Origin: the human T2T-CHM13v2.0 reference genome, Homo sapiens
Assembly: GCF_009914755.1 (NCBI RefSeq)
Contig: NC_060934.1
DNA: 64,000 nt
Reading direction: 5' to 3' (one strand)
The notes beneath the pieces were generated by a model. It had not been told where the DNA came from. It searched no databases and saw only the letters and a program-made list of their open reading frames with translations. The position numbers were made by a program, and so were the translations under genes. This document shows positions 36,379-56,599 of this stretch, in pieces. Every line of letters begins with the position of its first letter. Position 1 is the first letter of the stretch.

Positions 36379-37464
36379 TGATCTGCCCACCTCGGCCTCC
36401 CAAAGTGCTGGGAGTACAGGTGTCAGCCACTGCCCTGGCCCATCTCTCCCTTTATGCTTCCCTCCCTCCCTTCCTTCCTTGAAAAGGAACCACATTGACC
36501 AGGCGCAGTGGCTCACACCTGTAATCCCAACACTTTGGGAGGCCGAAGCGGGTGGATCGCCTGAGGTCAGGAGTTCGAGACCAGCCTGACCAATGTGTTG
36601 AAACCCTGTCTCTACTAGAAATACAAAAAAAGTAGCCGGGCATGGTGGTGTGTGCCTGTAGTCCCAGCTACTCAGCTGAGGCAGGAGAATTGCTTGAACC
36701 CAGGAGGCGGAGGTTGCAGTGAGCTGTGATAGCTCTACTGCATTCTAGCCTGGGTGACAGAGCGACACTCCATCTAAAAAAAAAAAAAAAAGAAAGAAAG
36801 AAAGAAAAAAAACACATGCAAATAGTACCATATTGCATTCCCTGCACCGTAACACACCCAGGGCAGGACTACGGGAGTGCCCTGGCTGAGAGGAGGGAAT
36901 GGCTTCAGGAGAACCCAGAGCTCCTGGGATTTTGTAGGGAGGAGAGACGTGGGGACACAGGACTCTGGAGCTTGTCCCAGGATGAAGCTCAGCTCCGAGG
37001 ATGGTTTATTCCCTTTGCCATGGCTGCCTAGGCTCTCTGACTCTTAGACTGCTGGGGTAAGGGTGGCAAAAATGTATCCTTTAAAGACAAATTCAGGGCA
37101 CTCAACAAATTGAATGTAAGAACTTTGTACGATGCTCACCATTTCTCTTATGCCCAGAAGACTGATATCATGGTTACCTAACATGCGTCTTTAAAAAAAA
37201 ATGATTTTTTTCCTTGCCAGAATCTAATGGCGATGCCACCTCTGAAGCCCATGGGACCTGTAGTCAGGCCCAGCTTAGTCTCTCTGTGGTCAGACTCCTT
37301 ATCTGTCAATGGGTGCTGACTGCCAGGAGCGGCAGGAATTCTGTGAGCTGGCCTCTGTGAGGGTAGCCAGCTCGGCATGCATCGGCAGCTCAGGGGACGT
37401 CAGCTCCCTTCCTCCTTCTTTTGTGAGTAAGGAGAAAGAAACAAACCTATATGTGCCTGTGTGA

Positions 37465-38295
<831 letters not shown>

Positions 38296-39097
38296 TGCAG
38301 GTTTAAGGCAGAAAGCTAAGACTGTATTGTGAGATGCATCCCAAATTCAAATACATTAAACGTGAAAAAATGTACGTCTTAAACTCCATGACATATGCCT
38401 CTTACACAAACACACTCACACATACGATTCAACAATGTAAGTGAAAAAATGTGTTCTCAAAAGTGGCCACTATAATCTTTTGGTGGGATCCCCAGTTAAG
38501 GTGCCTCAACTTTGATGGCCCAAAGATACTCACATTCTCCAGAACTGTTGACATTTCTGGAAAAGGCTTTACTCAGGAGGAAGCGGATCTTGTGAAATTG
38601 CTAGAATCTGGCTTAGTTCATTAAATTGGGAGATAATGGTGGTGAAAATGCTTTGCAAGCAGTCAAATGTGATACAAATCAAGGTCAATGTACATGTGGG
38701 TGTACCCACTTTATGCCCTTAGGGAGGGTCATCCATTCCACACACATACACATAAACACACACACACAAAGAGATCATTTGAGGTCAGGAGTTCAAGACC
38801 AGCCTGACCAACAGACTCTACTAAAAATACAAAAAAAAAAAAAAAAAATTTAGCCAGGCATAGTGGCACATGCTTTTAATCCCAGCTACTCAGAAGGCTG
38901 AGGCAGGAGAATTGCTTGAACCCAGCAGGCACAGGTTACAGTGAGCCGAGATCGTGCCACTGCACTCCAGCCTGGGCGACAGAGCGAGACTGTTCTCTCT
39001 CAAAAAAAAAAAAAAACAAAAAAAACGAAAAAAAGGCCGGGTGCGGTGGCTTACGCCTGTAATCCCAGCACTTTGGGAGGCTGAGGTGGGTGGATCA

Positions 39098-39642
<545 letters not shown>

Positions 39643-40628
39643 TAGGAGTTTTGCCGTGTTGCCCAGGCTGGTCTCGAATTTCTGGGCTCAATTGATCCAT
39701 CTGCCTTGGCCTCCCAAAGTGCTGGAATTACAGGCATGAGCCACCGTGCCAGGCCCCACATGTACGCTTAATCTATGGAAAGAGAAGCTCTGTGATTTGG
39801 TCACGGCGTCATATACTATAGAATTGTGCATATTTTGCACTGAGTCAGTCATTTCAAAAGGAGTTGATAGAACTTTATGCCTGGAAGGGAATTTATTCAT
39901 GATCTCATCTACCCCTCCCACCTTTAAAAAAAACAAAAGAGGCCTAGAGAGAAGTGGCTGGCCGGCCCATGTGCAGAGAAGGAGTTGGAAGCAGTTTGGG
40001 CTGAGGAGGCCCTGAAGGAGATTCTCTGAGGCTCGGCCCTGTGGTCCCCTTTCTCCATCACGCTGCTGGGGTTGGGGCACACACGTTCTCGTTTAGTCTT
40101 CACAACAACCCTATGAGGTGAGGGTATTATTATCCCCATTTTACGGATGAGTAAACAGAGGCCACCTGAGGCAACGTCTGGCTCAATACCACAGCTGGTG
40201 TTATACAGGTGACCCTGGAGCCACCACGCTGTCCTGCTGCCGAGGCAGAAACAGTGGAGAGGCAGGGGCACCCCATTAGGAGCCTCTCCACTCCCCATCC
40301 CCAGCATAAAATTTCAAAATAAACCAACTGTCTTTATAATACATAAAAGTAATCAATAAAGAGAATGTTCTGGAGCTTATGAAAGTGGGACAGGAATTGC
40401 AGGGTATGGAGAGGAAAGTTGTCATGTTGCTTCAGGGACAGAGGCATAATTAGGGGGGTCCAGAGGACAATGCCTCCTGCTCTGTGGATGTGGAGGCCAC
40501 AGCCCTGTCTTTTCTGCTTTCAGAGTAGCTGACATCCATCATCTAGCAATGTTCCATTCCAGTAACTATATTTAAATTTAGCCATTGCTCCAGATGAAGA
40601 TTCACTCTGATAGTAGCACCAGCGGTAG

Positions 40629-40887
<259 letters not shown>

Positions 40888-42336
40888 TAGCCAGGATGGT
40901 CTTGATCTCCTGACCTCGTGATCCACCTGCCTTGGCCTCCCAAAGTGCTGGGATTACAGGCTTGAGCCACCATGCCCGGCTTTTTTTTTTTCTTTTTTCA
41001 GATAGAGTCTCGCTTTATCGCCCAGGCTGGAGTGCAGTGGCACAATCTTGGCTCACTGGGTTTGAGGGATTCTCCTGCCTCAGCGTCCTAAGTAGCTGGG
41101 ATTACAGGCATGTGCCACCACGTCTGGCTAATTTTTGTATTTTTTGTAGAAATGGGTTTTCACCATGTTGGTCAGGCTGGTCTTGAACTCCTGACCTCAG
41201 GTGATCTGCCCAGCTTGGGGGAGAATCTCTTAAAGTGCTGGGATTACAGGCGTGAGCCAATGTGCCCAGCCCAGGAATTTTTTCCCAAGACATCACAGTT
41301 CTTTCACACCAGTATCTTCTCCTACTCAGCTGGCTACTCACTGCTTATTATCTAAAGATACAGTAATGATTTTTACTGAATGAAACTAAGGAAACAATGT
41401 GGGGGAATTATGTATCGTGTGTTGGAATTATGAAACCATATTCCATGTAGGGATAATTTCTCTGTTGTATTCTGGAAGTTTTCTAGCACTCAATTGGAAA
41501 CCATAGAGTATGGTGTACGAAGCTTTTGCTACAGCATCTCTTAAAATACAGACATGTCTCATGTTTTTCCTTTTCCACTTTTTCACCTCTCTAGCTGATT
41601 GATTTTCAGATTAAAACAAAATTCTAAAACTCCTTTCACAAAGCACAGACTAAAGCAGCAATTTGGAAAGGGAAATTATTTTGATTAAGGTTGACAAACA
41701 ATCTGTAATGACATTGCTATTAGCAACCTTTTTTTCTGGATGAAATATTACATGCAAACCACATTTTAGAACTGGGAGTGAATTTAGCAATTAAAGTCAC
41801 CATCATTTTAAAGCCTGCTCATGTGGTTAGTTATATATTTGGTATTTTTATGTACTGGGTATTACTAATCAGGCACATATTCTCAAATAGTGACAACGAA
41901 GTACAATATTCAAGGGAACATTATACAGACACAAATCAACCCCCTACACTGAGAGTTTGTAAGTACTCTGCAGATGTAAGTTCTTGGTTTTTTATCCACT
42001 AAGCTGATTACCTAGCACAGATTCTGTTTGACCTCAAAATCCGCCAAGCAACAGAAGGCTGCCCCTGTAGCCTGCTGTGTCTGGGAGGGGACAGGGACAG
42101 TTTCCTCAGGGAATGCACTGGAAATGTTATTGTTAGACTAACCAAACTTCATAGCTCCTGTAAAAGTACCTTTGTAAAAATTCCCCTCTTTATCTGCCCT
42201 TCCCTGATGACCCTGCTGGGGTTTCTCTCTCTCATATTGAACGAAAAGCCTACCACAGGCTTTTTGTTTGTTTCTTACTTTCAGAGATAGAAATATATTT
42301 ACGGACAAAATGATAGGATGTCTGAGATTTACCTCA

Positions 42337-42860
<524 letters not shown>

Positions 42861-43189
42861 TTACATACATCCTACATTGTATTGGATACTATCAAATTGC
42901 TCTCCAAAGTGTCTGCACAGATTTACTTTCCCAAGTCATGCATCTCACCGGAACTTGAGATTTAACCTTGCTATCCACCTGATTTTTAAAAAGTGGTGTA
43001 TCTCCTTAGTGTTTCATCTGCATTATCCTAATCACCGGTGAGTTTGAGCACCGATGCATATTTGCTGGTTCTTCAGGTTTTCTTCTGTAAATTCCCTGTT
43101 CATGTTCTCCTAGATTTTAGATGAAATCACAATGAGTTCTCTTTCCTTGTTCCTCCAAGCAGTAGTGTGCAATACCCTACTTGCATTAG

Positions 43190-43465
<276 letters not shown>

Positions 43466-43569
43466 TGACCTCAGGCAATCTGCCTGCCTCAGCCTCCCAA
43501 AGTGCTGGGATTACAGGCGTGAGCCACTGCGCCCGGCCAGACTTTTGCTAAATTTTCAAGATTATCAAA

Positions 43570-43692
43570 TATTGGTAGCTCAAAAATTGGCCCTGGTGGG
43601 AATATTTACACCATGGCAACCAGCAAATGCTACAAATGAGGGCTCCTGTCCCCAGAGAGCTAGTTGTTAAACATTTACCGGCAGGCACCGCC
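43570..43692. mobile_element. MER63-like hAT MITE fragment
   Basis: End motif gagagctagttgttaaacatttaccggcaggcaccgc. Confidence 0.65.
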
Positions 43693-43975
43693 TCCAAGCA
43701 TTTACAGCTGGACGCAGCCTGGCTCAAAAAAGCATCAAGGCGACCCTGAGGCACAGGTGTGGGAGGTGCCACTGACTCCCTGACTGGGACTAGAAAAGGC
43801 TTCTTGGCTGAGTTTCCTGTATTTCCAGCATCAGCTGCTGGAGCATCGGGGAGGCTGGGGAGGGCGGCGCCTCTAGCACACCCAGGAGGCCCGCCCTGCT
43901 CCTACAGCAAGGCTAGGTGGAACTGGGCACAGGTCCTGGCCTCTGTTCCTTGGTCCTTTCCATTTCTGTGCAAGG

Positions 43976-44516
43976 CAAGGCCAGCTGTGTAATTTGCAGG
44001 GGTCAGGGCAACATGAAAATATGGGGCTCCTCATTCAAAAGCTGGAAAAAAGCTTTTTCCTTCCTTCACCTGCGGTCTCTTTCTCCACCAATTATGGTGT
44101 TTTTAATTTGCTATTTAATGTCATGTTCTCTTGGGAATGAAGATATTCGTGGGTGAACACAAAACCTCCTACTCGCCTGGGGTCTTGCTTGGTGACTCGG
44201 TACACAGAGTACATGACCCACCTGGAGCCTCCTCATGCCTGTGCTCAGGACTCCATCCATGGAGGGGGACAGCAGTGGTGACTGGGCGGTAACAGAGGGA
44301 TGGGAACATATCCTGGGGAGGTGGGAAGGCCATGGGAGCAAGACCATGGGTGAACCTAGGTGCCGGTTCCCACCGCACGCGCCATCACCCCACTGGACTT
44401 CGCTCACAGAACACAAATTCCAAGATAACATTATTAATACATTCAAGACAGCAGCTGCAGAGCATCAAACCCGAAGTGTGCAGGCTCCTAAGTGTGCAGC
44501 CCGTGAAGCCGCCCTG
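43976..44516 (-). mobile_element. MER45-family hAT-Tip100 element
   Basis: Ends ccagctgtgtaatttgcagggg... and ...ttcaagacagcagctgcagagcatcaaacc...gtgaagccgccctg. Confidence 0.75.
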
Positions 44517-44736
44517 CGGCCAGGCAGCCCCGTGGCCACTGGGCCTCTGCACTGGGAAACTGACCTTGGGCTAAGAAACTTAAGAACCCAGATGTCTTCA
44601 CCACTGCAGTGGTCACAGTCTAGGTACAGTCAAGTCAGAGGGTGTAGTCAGGTTTGTTTTAACAGTCCTTCTTGGCCGGGCGCAGTGGCTCACATCTGTA
44701 ATCCCAGCATTTTGGGAGGTTAAGAGGGGCAGATCA

Positions 44737-44952
<216 letters not shown>

Positions 44953-44955
44953 CTA

Positions 44956-45549
<594 letters not shown>

Positions 45550-48164
45550 CTACAAAAAATACAAAATTAGCTGGGCATGGTGGTATGTGCCTAGTCCCAG
45601 CTACTCAGGAGGCTGGGGCTGGAGGGTTGCTTGAGCCCAGGAGGTCCAGGCTGCAGAGACCAGGCTGGGTGACAGAGCGAGACTGTGTCTCCAAAAAAAA
45701 AAAAAAAAAAAAAGGAAAGAAAGAAATCCTCAAATAATAAGATGGATGTATCTTTCTCATGTACAAATGTCAGGGGACAGGCAGTCCAAGGATGGCCTCC
45801 AATGGCTCCAGGGAATCATCAGGGCTCCAGGCTTTCAGGCTTCTGCTCCACCAGCCTCAAAATCACTTCAGGGTTCAGGATAGCCATAGGAGTTCCAGCT
45901 GTCACATCCATACTCCAGGGAGGGAGGTGGAGGTGGGTAGGATGGCCTATTTCCTGCCTTTTAAGGAAAACTTTCTTTCTTTCTTTTTTTTGAGACTGAG
46001 TCTCGCTCTGTCAGCAGTGGTGCGATCTCGGCTCACTGCTAGCTCCGCCTACCGGGTTCACGCCATTCTCCTGCCTCAGCCTCCTGAGTAGCTGGGACTA
46101 CAGGCACCTGCCACCACGTCCGGCTAATTTTTTGTATTTTTAGTAGAGACAGGTTACACTGTGTTAGCCAGGATGGTCTCGATCTCTTGACCTTGTGATC
46201 CACCCGCCTTGGACTCTCAAAGTGCTGGGATTACAGTTTCACTCTTGTCGCCCGGGCTGGAGTACAATGGCATGATGTCGGCTCACTGCAACCTCCACCT
46301 CCTGGGTTCAAGCAATTCTCCTGCCTCAGCCTCCTGAGTAGCTGGGACTACAGGTGCCTGCCATCACACCCAGCTATTTTTTTGTATTTTGAGTAGAGAC
46401 AGGGTTTCACCACGTTAGTCAGGCTGGTCTCGTACTCCTGACCTCAGGTGATCCACCCATCTCAGCCTCCCAAAGTGCTGGGATTACAGGCGTGAGCCAC
46501 CGTGCCCGTCGGAAAACTTTCACAAAATCCCTCACAACCACACTTTCACTTGTATATATCATAAACACATTATGGAGCAAAACTAAGGCACAGCCATGGC
46601 CACACCTTGCTGTAGTAGAGAATTGGAAATACAGTAAAAGCATTTAGCTGGGCAACAACTTTGTTAGAAACTGATGTTCTGTTACTAAAGAGGAAAGGGG
46701 AATGGATGTTGGGAAGAGTTTTTTTTTTTTTTGCCATGGTCACTCATTTCCTTTTTAAGTTTATGGAGGCTGTAAATTCAGGAAAATAAATCGATACCTA
46801 ATTCCTAGGTCCTTGAGAAGTTCCATTTTAAAATATTCTCATTCTTTCTAAAAATCAGACAAAAAAACTCCAGTGAGAAACTAATTTAGGTTTTGTCGCC
46901 TTCATTATTTTTGTGTATGTTACTTCCATAGTCTACCTTTCACCTGCTCTTGAATTGCATAGGGAAGCAGTCAAATGACTCAAGGATTTCACCGTAGTTG
47001 TACAAAGCTTTGTGCTTTATAGGACAAAAGAATTTTTAAAAACATACATTTGAGACAGGAATAATAGCAGGTTGATTGCAATAGTATTCGTTTCAGCTCT
47101 GCACTCTAGAGAAAGCACTTCTAAATGGACATCTTACATATTTTTCTGTTGAAAATAATCAACAAAGAGAGCTCCTCTCTCTTGTTGACCCATGCTGCAA
47201 TACAGTATCTGTTCAGGCAGTTGTTACACAGTATAAGTGGCTTTCTGATGGAAAGCTAATGTTTAAAAAAAAAAAAGAGGTCTATTTTCTTAGCTCTTTT
47301 ATGTCTTCCTCTTGAAGATTTTTTTTTTCTAATGTGACAGGCATTGTCTGACAGCCCAGTAATACAAGAAAAACATCACACTTCAGTTCCATCGACTGTG
47401 GGGCACTACAATGTGAGTTAACCTTTGTGCATGGTGGCCTAGTGATTGAACTGCTAATATTCTATTGGTGGGAGGTTTTCCCTTATGATCAGAGTTTTCA
47501 GGGATATTATGATAAACACAAAGACACATCTTATTCACGAATGTCTGTGCTTTATTAAAATAGATTTATCTCCAAGTTAGGGCTGGCTCCTTAACACATT
47601 GCTTTCCTACTTAATAATATAAGGAAGATTTCTTGTCTCTAATCCTGATTTCGGTGATTGAAATCCCACAGACAGACTCAAAACTATATCATAAGACAAA
47701 GTGTCACAAAAAGAAAGTCTGTCATATCTCCCAGCTATGGAAATAGAGTTTAGTATACAAGGATGACTGGCATTAAATTCAATGTGGGCTCCAACAAATC
47801 TTACCTTTGTGATCAATCATTTCATTCCTAAGAGATGCTGCTGGATTGGTAACCTATCTGCTTATGGACTTCAACTTTTTTCCTGCTGCTTTAGAAAGCC
47901 ATTTCTTGGTGCCTCTCCATTATTTCCCTGAAATGTTTCTGTGCCACCTCTGATAGCCATCTTTTCTGAGTTTCACTGATAGACTGGATTAGCATAATTC
48001 CTTTTATGGCATAAGACCATGCTGTAGTAGAAGAAAAAATCATGATGTTCTTAAAATACATTGTCTTTGGATAGAATATTCTTTGCTTAGGAGAAGGGAT
48101 TCAAAATGTCAGTAGCTGTGTCCTCCAAGTAAAGCTCTGGAAACATCTATTCCTTTAAATTTGC

Positions 48165-48597
48165 TCTGCTATAGTTTTTATTGGCTGGAGAGCCTCCATT
48201 TGTCCTTCCAGATCCATTCTCCCCCTGCCATGTGCCCCTTGAGACAGATAGACCAGCCAGGACTGCATCAAAGGCTTCTGAGCCCTAAGGTCATCAGTTT
48301 AGTTTGGCCAATGAGAGGCCCTGGCAGAGACTGGAGAGAGGAGAAAGGCGTCAGAATATTGACCCTGGCTTGCTCCCTGCTGTGCTTCTCTAGGAAGGCC
48401 ACTGCTCCTGCCAGGTGGCCCTCCCCAGCACCAACGTCTCTCTCTGCAGGATTTGGTAATGGCACCCTGTCATTGCCAGTCAGGGCTATTTCACCATCCT
48501 TGCTGGTTTTCTTCAACCTTGCCCAATACCTTGTAAAATAATCTTAATTTTCCCACTGGAGTATGCTATTTATTTCTGCCTGGAACCCTGACTGACA
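48165..48597 (+). mobile_element. ERVL LTR (LTR33/LTR16-like)
   Basis: cctccatttgtccttccagatcc...tttggccaatgagaggccctggcagaga...tttctgcctggaaccctgactgaca. Confidence 0.6.
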
Positions 48598-49488
48598 TGC
48601 AAGTGTAACAACTACCTCAAAAAATGGGGGACAGTGGTTATTTTGCCTATGACTTGTTTTTAGAAAATATGTTCATCATGAATATGATTAAAGGCAATGC
48701 CTGTAAACTTCATCTGCTGTTCGTGTTTTACTGCCAGAGTTGTAAATTGTTTACATTTTCTTTTTTCTTTTTCTTTTTTTTTGAGACAGAGTCTCTCTCT
48801 GTTGCCCAGGCTGGTGTGCCGTGGCATGATCTCTGCTCGCTGTAACCTCTGCTTCCCTAGTTCAAGTGATTCTCCTGCCTCAGCCTCCTGAGTAGCTGGG
48901 ACTACAAGCATGAGCCACCATGCCCGGCTAATTTTTGTATTTTTAGTAGAGATGGGGTTTCACCATGGTGGCCAGGCTGGTCTCGAACTCCTAGCCTTAA
49001 GTGATCCTCTTGCCTTGGCCTCCCAAAGTGCTGGGATTACAGGCATGAACCACTGCGCCTGGCCAAATTGTTTACATTTCCACAAGAACATAAAAGAGGA
49101 GGATATGGTTCTGCAATTCAGCTGGTTCTCAAGGCAGGGTTCTGACATCTTGCTAGAGCATCCAGATGTGTGTTACGTGGTGGTCCTCCTAGCATCACGG
49201 TAGCCCAGGGGCAGACGAATGGAGTACTGACTGGGCCCCAATCTTGTCAGCATCTTCTTTCCCTGACCCCGACCCTGCCAGGAGCATCAGCTCCAGTCAA
49301 CTCCTTACCTGCTTGCTTCCTTATCCCATTACAGCCCTGCATCCTATCTGCTGACCCTAACATTTCAAGAGAAATCATGCCAGGCTCCTAAAACAAAGTG
49401 CTGTAAGGCCAATGCTAATCCCGTCCTAAAAGGTTGGCTGAGAAAGTAGCTCATATGATCAGATTATTTTTTGAAGTTTATCTGATTA

Positions 49489-49858
<370 letters not shown>

Positions 49859-50394
49859 TCAAAAGTGTGGTGAGGCCTAAAAACTGTTCTGGTAAATTCT
49901 ATTTGCAAGGATCGCTTCTTGAAAAAGCCAATCTTAAAATTAGAGTGGGCACTAATATTTAGTTTCAGTCCACAGATCTTTTATAAAAACATCTATTAGC
50001 TTTGAGTCTTTTGGGCCCCAGCGATGCAGATGGAAAGGCTTGGGGGAGGGTCACTGGGTTAGGACTTGAAGTGCTTGTGGTCAAGTTCTTAAAACACAAG
50101 TGCTGTAACTTCTCTGTCCCTTCCATCATTTGGAAATAACAGCTGCCTGACAACACTGATAAGGATAAAAATGAGATAATGATGGTGAAGTGAAGTGATC
50201 TGCATATTTAAATATCCTAAAAATACAAATGTTTTCTGAAGATTGCCACACGCTGGACAAATTTCAGAAAATATACCTTGTTTTTTCTTAAAAGATTGTT
50301 GGCTGGGTGCAGTGGCTCACGCCTGTAATCCCAGCACTTTGGGAGGCCGAGGCGGGTGGATCACGAGGTCAGGAGATCGAGACCATCCTAGCTA

Positions 50395-50640
<246 letters not shown>

Positions 50641-52014
50641 TCATCTTCATTCATTTATAAGATTTAACGTTTAAAATTCTGCGCAAGTTATGCAAATTAC
50701 AAACTGAAAGAAAAAAAGAATCAAAGAGAAATATCAAACTGTCCTAAGTTCTTTTTTTTTTTGAGACAGGGTCTCATTGTCACCTAGGCTGGAGTGCAGT
50801 GGCAGGATCACAGCTCACTGCAGCCTTGACCTCTCCACCTTGGCCTCCCAAAATGTTGGAATTACAGACATGAGCCGCCCTGCTTGGCCCTTTTTTTTTT
50901 CTTTTTTTTTTGAGACAGGGTCTTGCTCTGTAGCCCAGGGTGGAGTGGTTCACTGTAACCTCGACCTCCCAGGGTGACCTCCCACCTCAGCCTCCCACGT
51001 AGATGGGACCACAGGTGTGTGCCACCACACCTGGCTAATTTTTTGAATTACTTTTGGTAGAGACAGGGTCTCCCTATGTTTGAGACAGCTGGTCGCGAAC
51101 TCCTGGGCTCAAGCGATCCTCCCACCTTGGCCTCTCAAAGTGCTGAGGTTCCAGGTGTGAGCCACTGTGCCCAGCCTGTTCTAAATTCTTGAGCAAAGTT
51201 TAAATGTGTTAGGTCATTGGACAAAAGTAGTCAGGGTGAAAATATCCTGACGTATAAAATCAAGAAAGTAAAGTTAATCAATTCATTCAACAAATACTTC
51301 TTCAGTAACTGTGTGTGCCACGCACCATTCTGGGTACTCAGGATATATCAGTCAAAATATCTCACATATAGGAAAGGTACTTTCTGTTTACTAGGAAGCT
51401 GTTAAAGTTCCAAGTAATGAATGAATACCAGCAGCCAATGAGTTAAGGAATTGTAGAATTCATGCATTACCTCTTATGTGGAATCACTGAATAATTTTGT
51501 ATGTCATAAAAACTACATTTCTTTCTGATTAGCCCCTTTAAAAATTTTAGCTTGTGTATTTTAAACTTACGTCTACTATAAATCTGCCATATTGAAGGTA
51601 ATATTGAATATTGTGATCTTGGTTACACTGAAACTGTTGTGCAGATTTTTCTCCTTGGTCCACTATTTGAATTTGTAGATAGTTTTTGAAGCAAATAAGT
51701 CATTTGCATGAATCACTTTGGTGAATTTAAGAACTACTCAAATGACGTCATGGATACTTTCGAATATTTTGAAATATTTTTAAACTTTGTGGTCTCCGAA
51801 ATGACTGGAAAGAAAGGAATGAAAAATATTGTGGCATTCCTAACTTCACTACTTTGGAATTACTTTTCGTTAACATCACTTTAGTGTTTGGCAAAAAGGC
51901 AGCATATTTTTAATTCCACGAGTATTGTATAATTAAACATGTAATGAAGATTTAGGTTCTAGATTAGTACATTTTGTCTTGTATAAGACTGTGCCAGCCG
52001 GGCACGGTGGCTTA

Positions 52015-52832
<818 letters not shown>

Positions 52833-53219
52833 TAAACTGGGTCAATATCCACTCTGAGGTGGTTCACATGGGTTAGACTTAGAGCATATTTGAGGTTGAC
52901 CAGATGTCAACCCTGCTTCTCAGCTTTCCAGGTGTTCTCATTGAGACACGTCTTGCCCCTCAGTGAGTCACTCATTTTTCCCACTGTCTCCAGTCTGCCT
53001 TTCTCCTTCCTCCTTGCTCGGCAAATCATATTCACCTGCAAAACACAGTCACTGCCCATCTCTGTTTTCCAAGGGAACTGCATGGCTTGTCTCCTCTGTG
53101 TCCTATGCTGGGACATTACTCATTTGATTATTTGATATGGAATTTGCCTCTCTGTCCTGAAACATTCATAAAATTCAATTTTCCACTAACTTGACTAGGG
53201 TTTCTTCACCTTTTCTCTG

Positions 53220-54485
<1,266 letters not shown>

Positions 54486-54897
54486 TGTCCTCCACTGGAC
54501 TGTTGGCCCCTGTTGTAGATACAGCCTTACCTGTCTCTGAATTGCTGTTCTCAGCACAGTACCTGATATGGGGTCATTCCTCAGTAAATGTTACCTGGAT
54601 TAAATGAAATGCAGAGCGAGGAAACCAACATTTATCAAACACTTAAGAGTATTGCCAGGCCTTTCAGCTCTTGTCTCTTTGGACCCTCAGTAACTGCCAG
54701 GGAAATATCACCCAGAATTTTTCAGATGAGGACACTGAGGACACTGGCACTCAGAGAGGACAGCAGGATTTCAACTCAGGGCTGTTTGACTCCAAAGTTC
54801 ATGCTCTCTCTGCTCACAGCTTTGCCTCTTACAAAACTTCCCCAGATAAGATCACAAGCGAAGTTGTTTCAGATACTTGATGTTTCCAAACTTCTTA

Positions 54898-55160
<263 letters not shown>

Positions 55161-55558
55161 TCACTTGAGCCCAGGAGTTTGAGACCAGCCTGGATAACAT
55201 GGCGAAACCCTGACTCTATAAAAAATAAAAAAATTGGCCAGGTGTGGTGGTGCGTGTCTATAGTCCCAGCTACCCAGGAGGCTGAGCCTGGGAGGTTGAG
55301 GCTGCGGTGAGCTATGATCACAACACTGCACTACAGCCTTGACGACAGAGTGAGACCCTGTCTCAAAAAAAAAAAAAAAGAGACTCAATACAACTTCAAC
55401 ATTTTTTTTTCCTAATTCCGTAAGTCTAGCTTACAGGGATACTTAGTTGAAAAATCTACAAAAATTTCTTAGTCTGGATATAGAGTGACTGTGTTCCTAT
55501 AAGCACAAATTTATACCCATCAAGATGAGACCAGTCCTAGCACAGACCAGGATTTTGA

Positions 55559-56033
<475 letters not shown>

Positions 56034-56599
56034 TGATCCACCTACCCGGGCCTCCCAAAATGCTGGGATTACAGGAGTGAGCCACCGCACCTAGCCTGTT
56101 ACATTGCATTTTCTACTGTTAAGATGTTTTTTCCACTTGGGAATCATGTTGATCATACACAGAGAATGGAAGATACGTTGCAGTTTATACAAATGACATT
56201 TTCTGCAACGCGTCTGAGAACATGTTCTTGTAACAACTGAACATTTCTAACATTTCTTTTGAGGGGAACACCCATTTTATAACACTTTCTACTTAAAAGC
56301 ACAGATCCCTCAAAGACCCTGAGTAAGCTGGATCCGTTACCATTTCCTTTAGCAGAGCGCCTTCGATTTCCCTTAGCTGCATATGTCCACCTCTGGGGGG
56401 GGGTCCACAGCCTCAGCCTGATCTTTCCGTCCTAGGCCTGATTATGGACTGCCAAGACTTTTTGGAGAAAGCAGTTTCTTGTCGCTCTTCTTTTTTCATT
56501 CTTCTTGATTTGCTTCCCTCTAACTATTGTCCCGAATCTCCTCCAGTTTCCAGAGCAACCCTCAGCAGGAGACTCTGTGCTTGATTCACCAAGGAGGAG

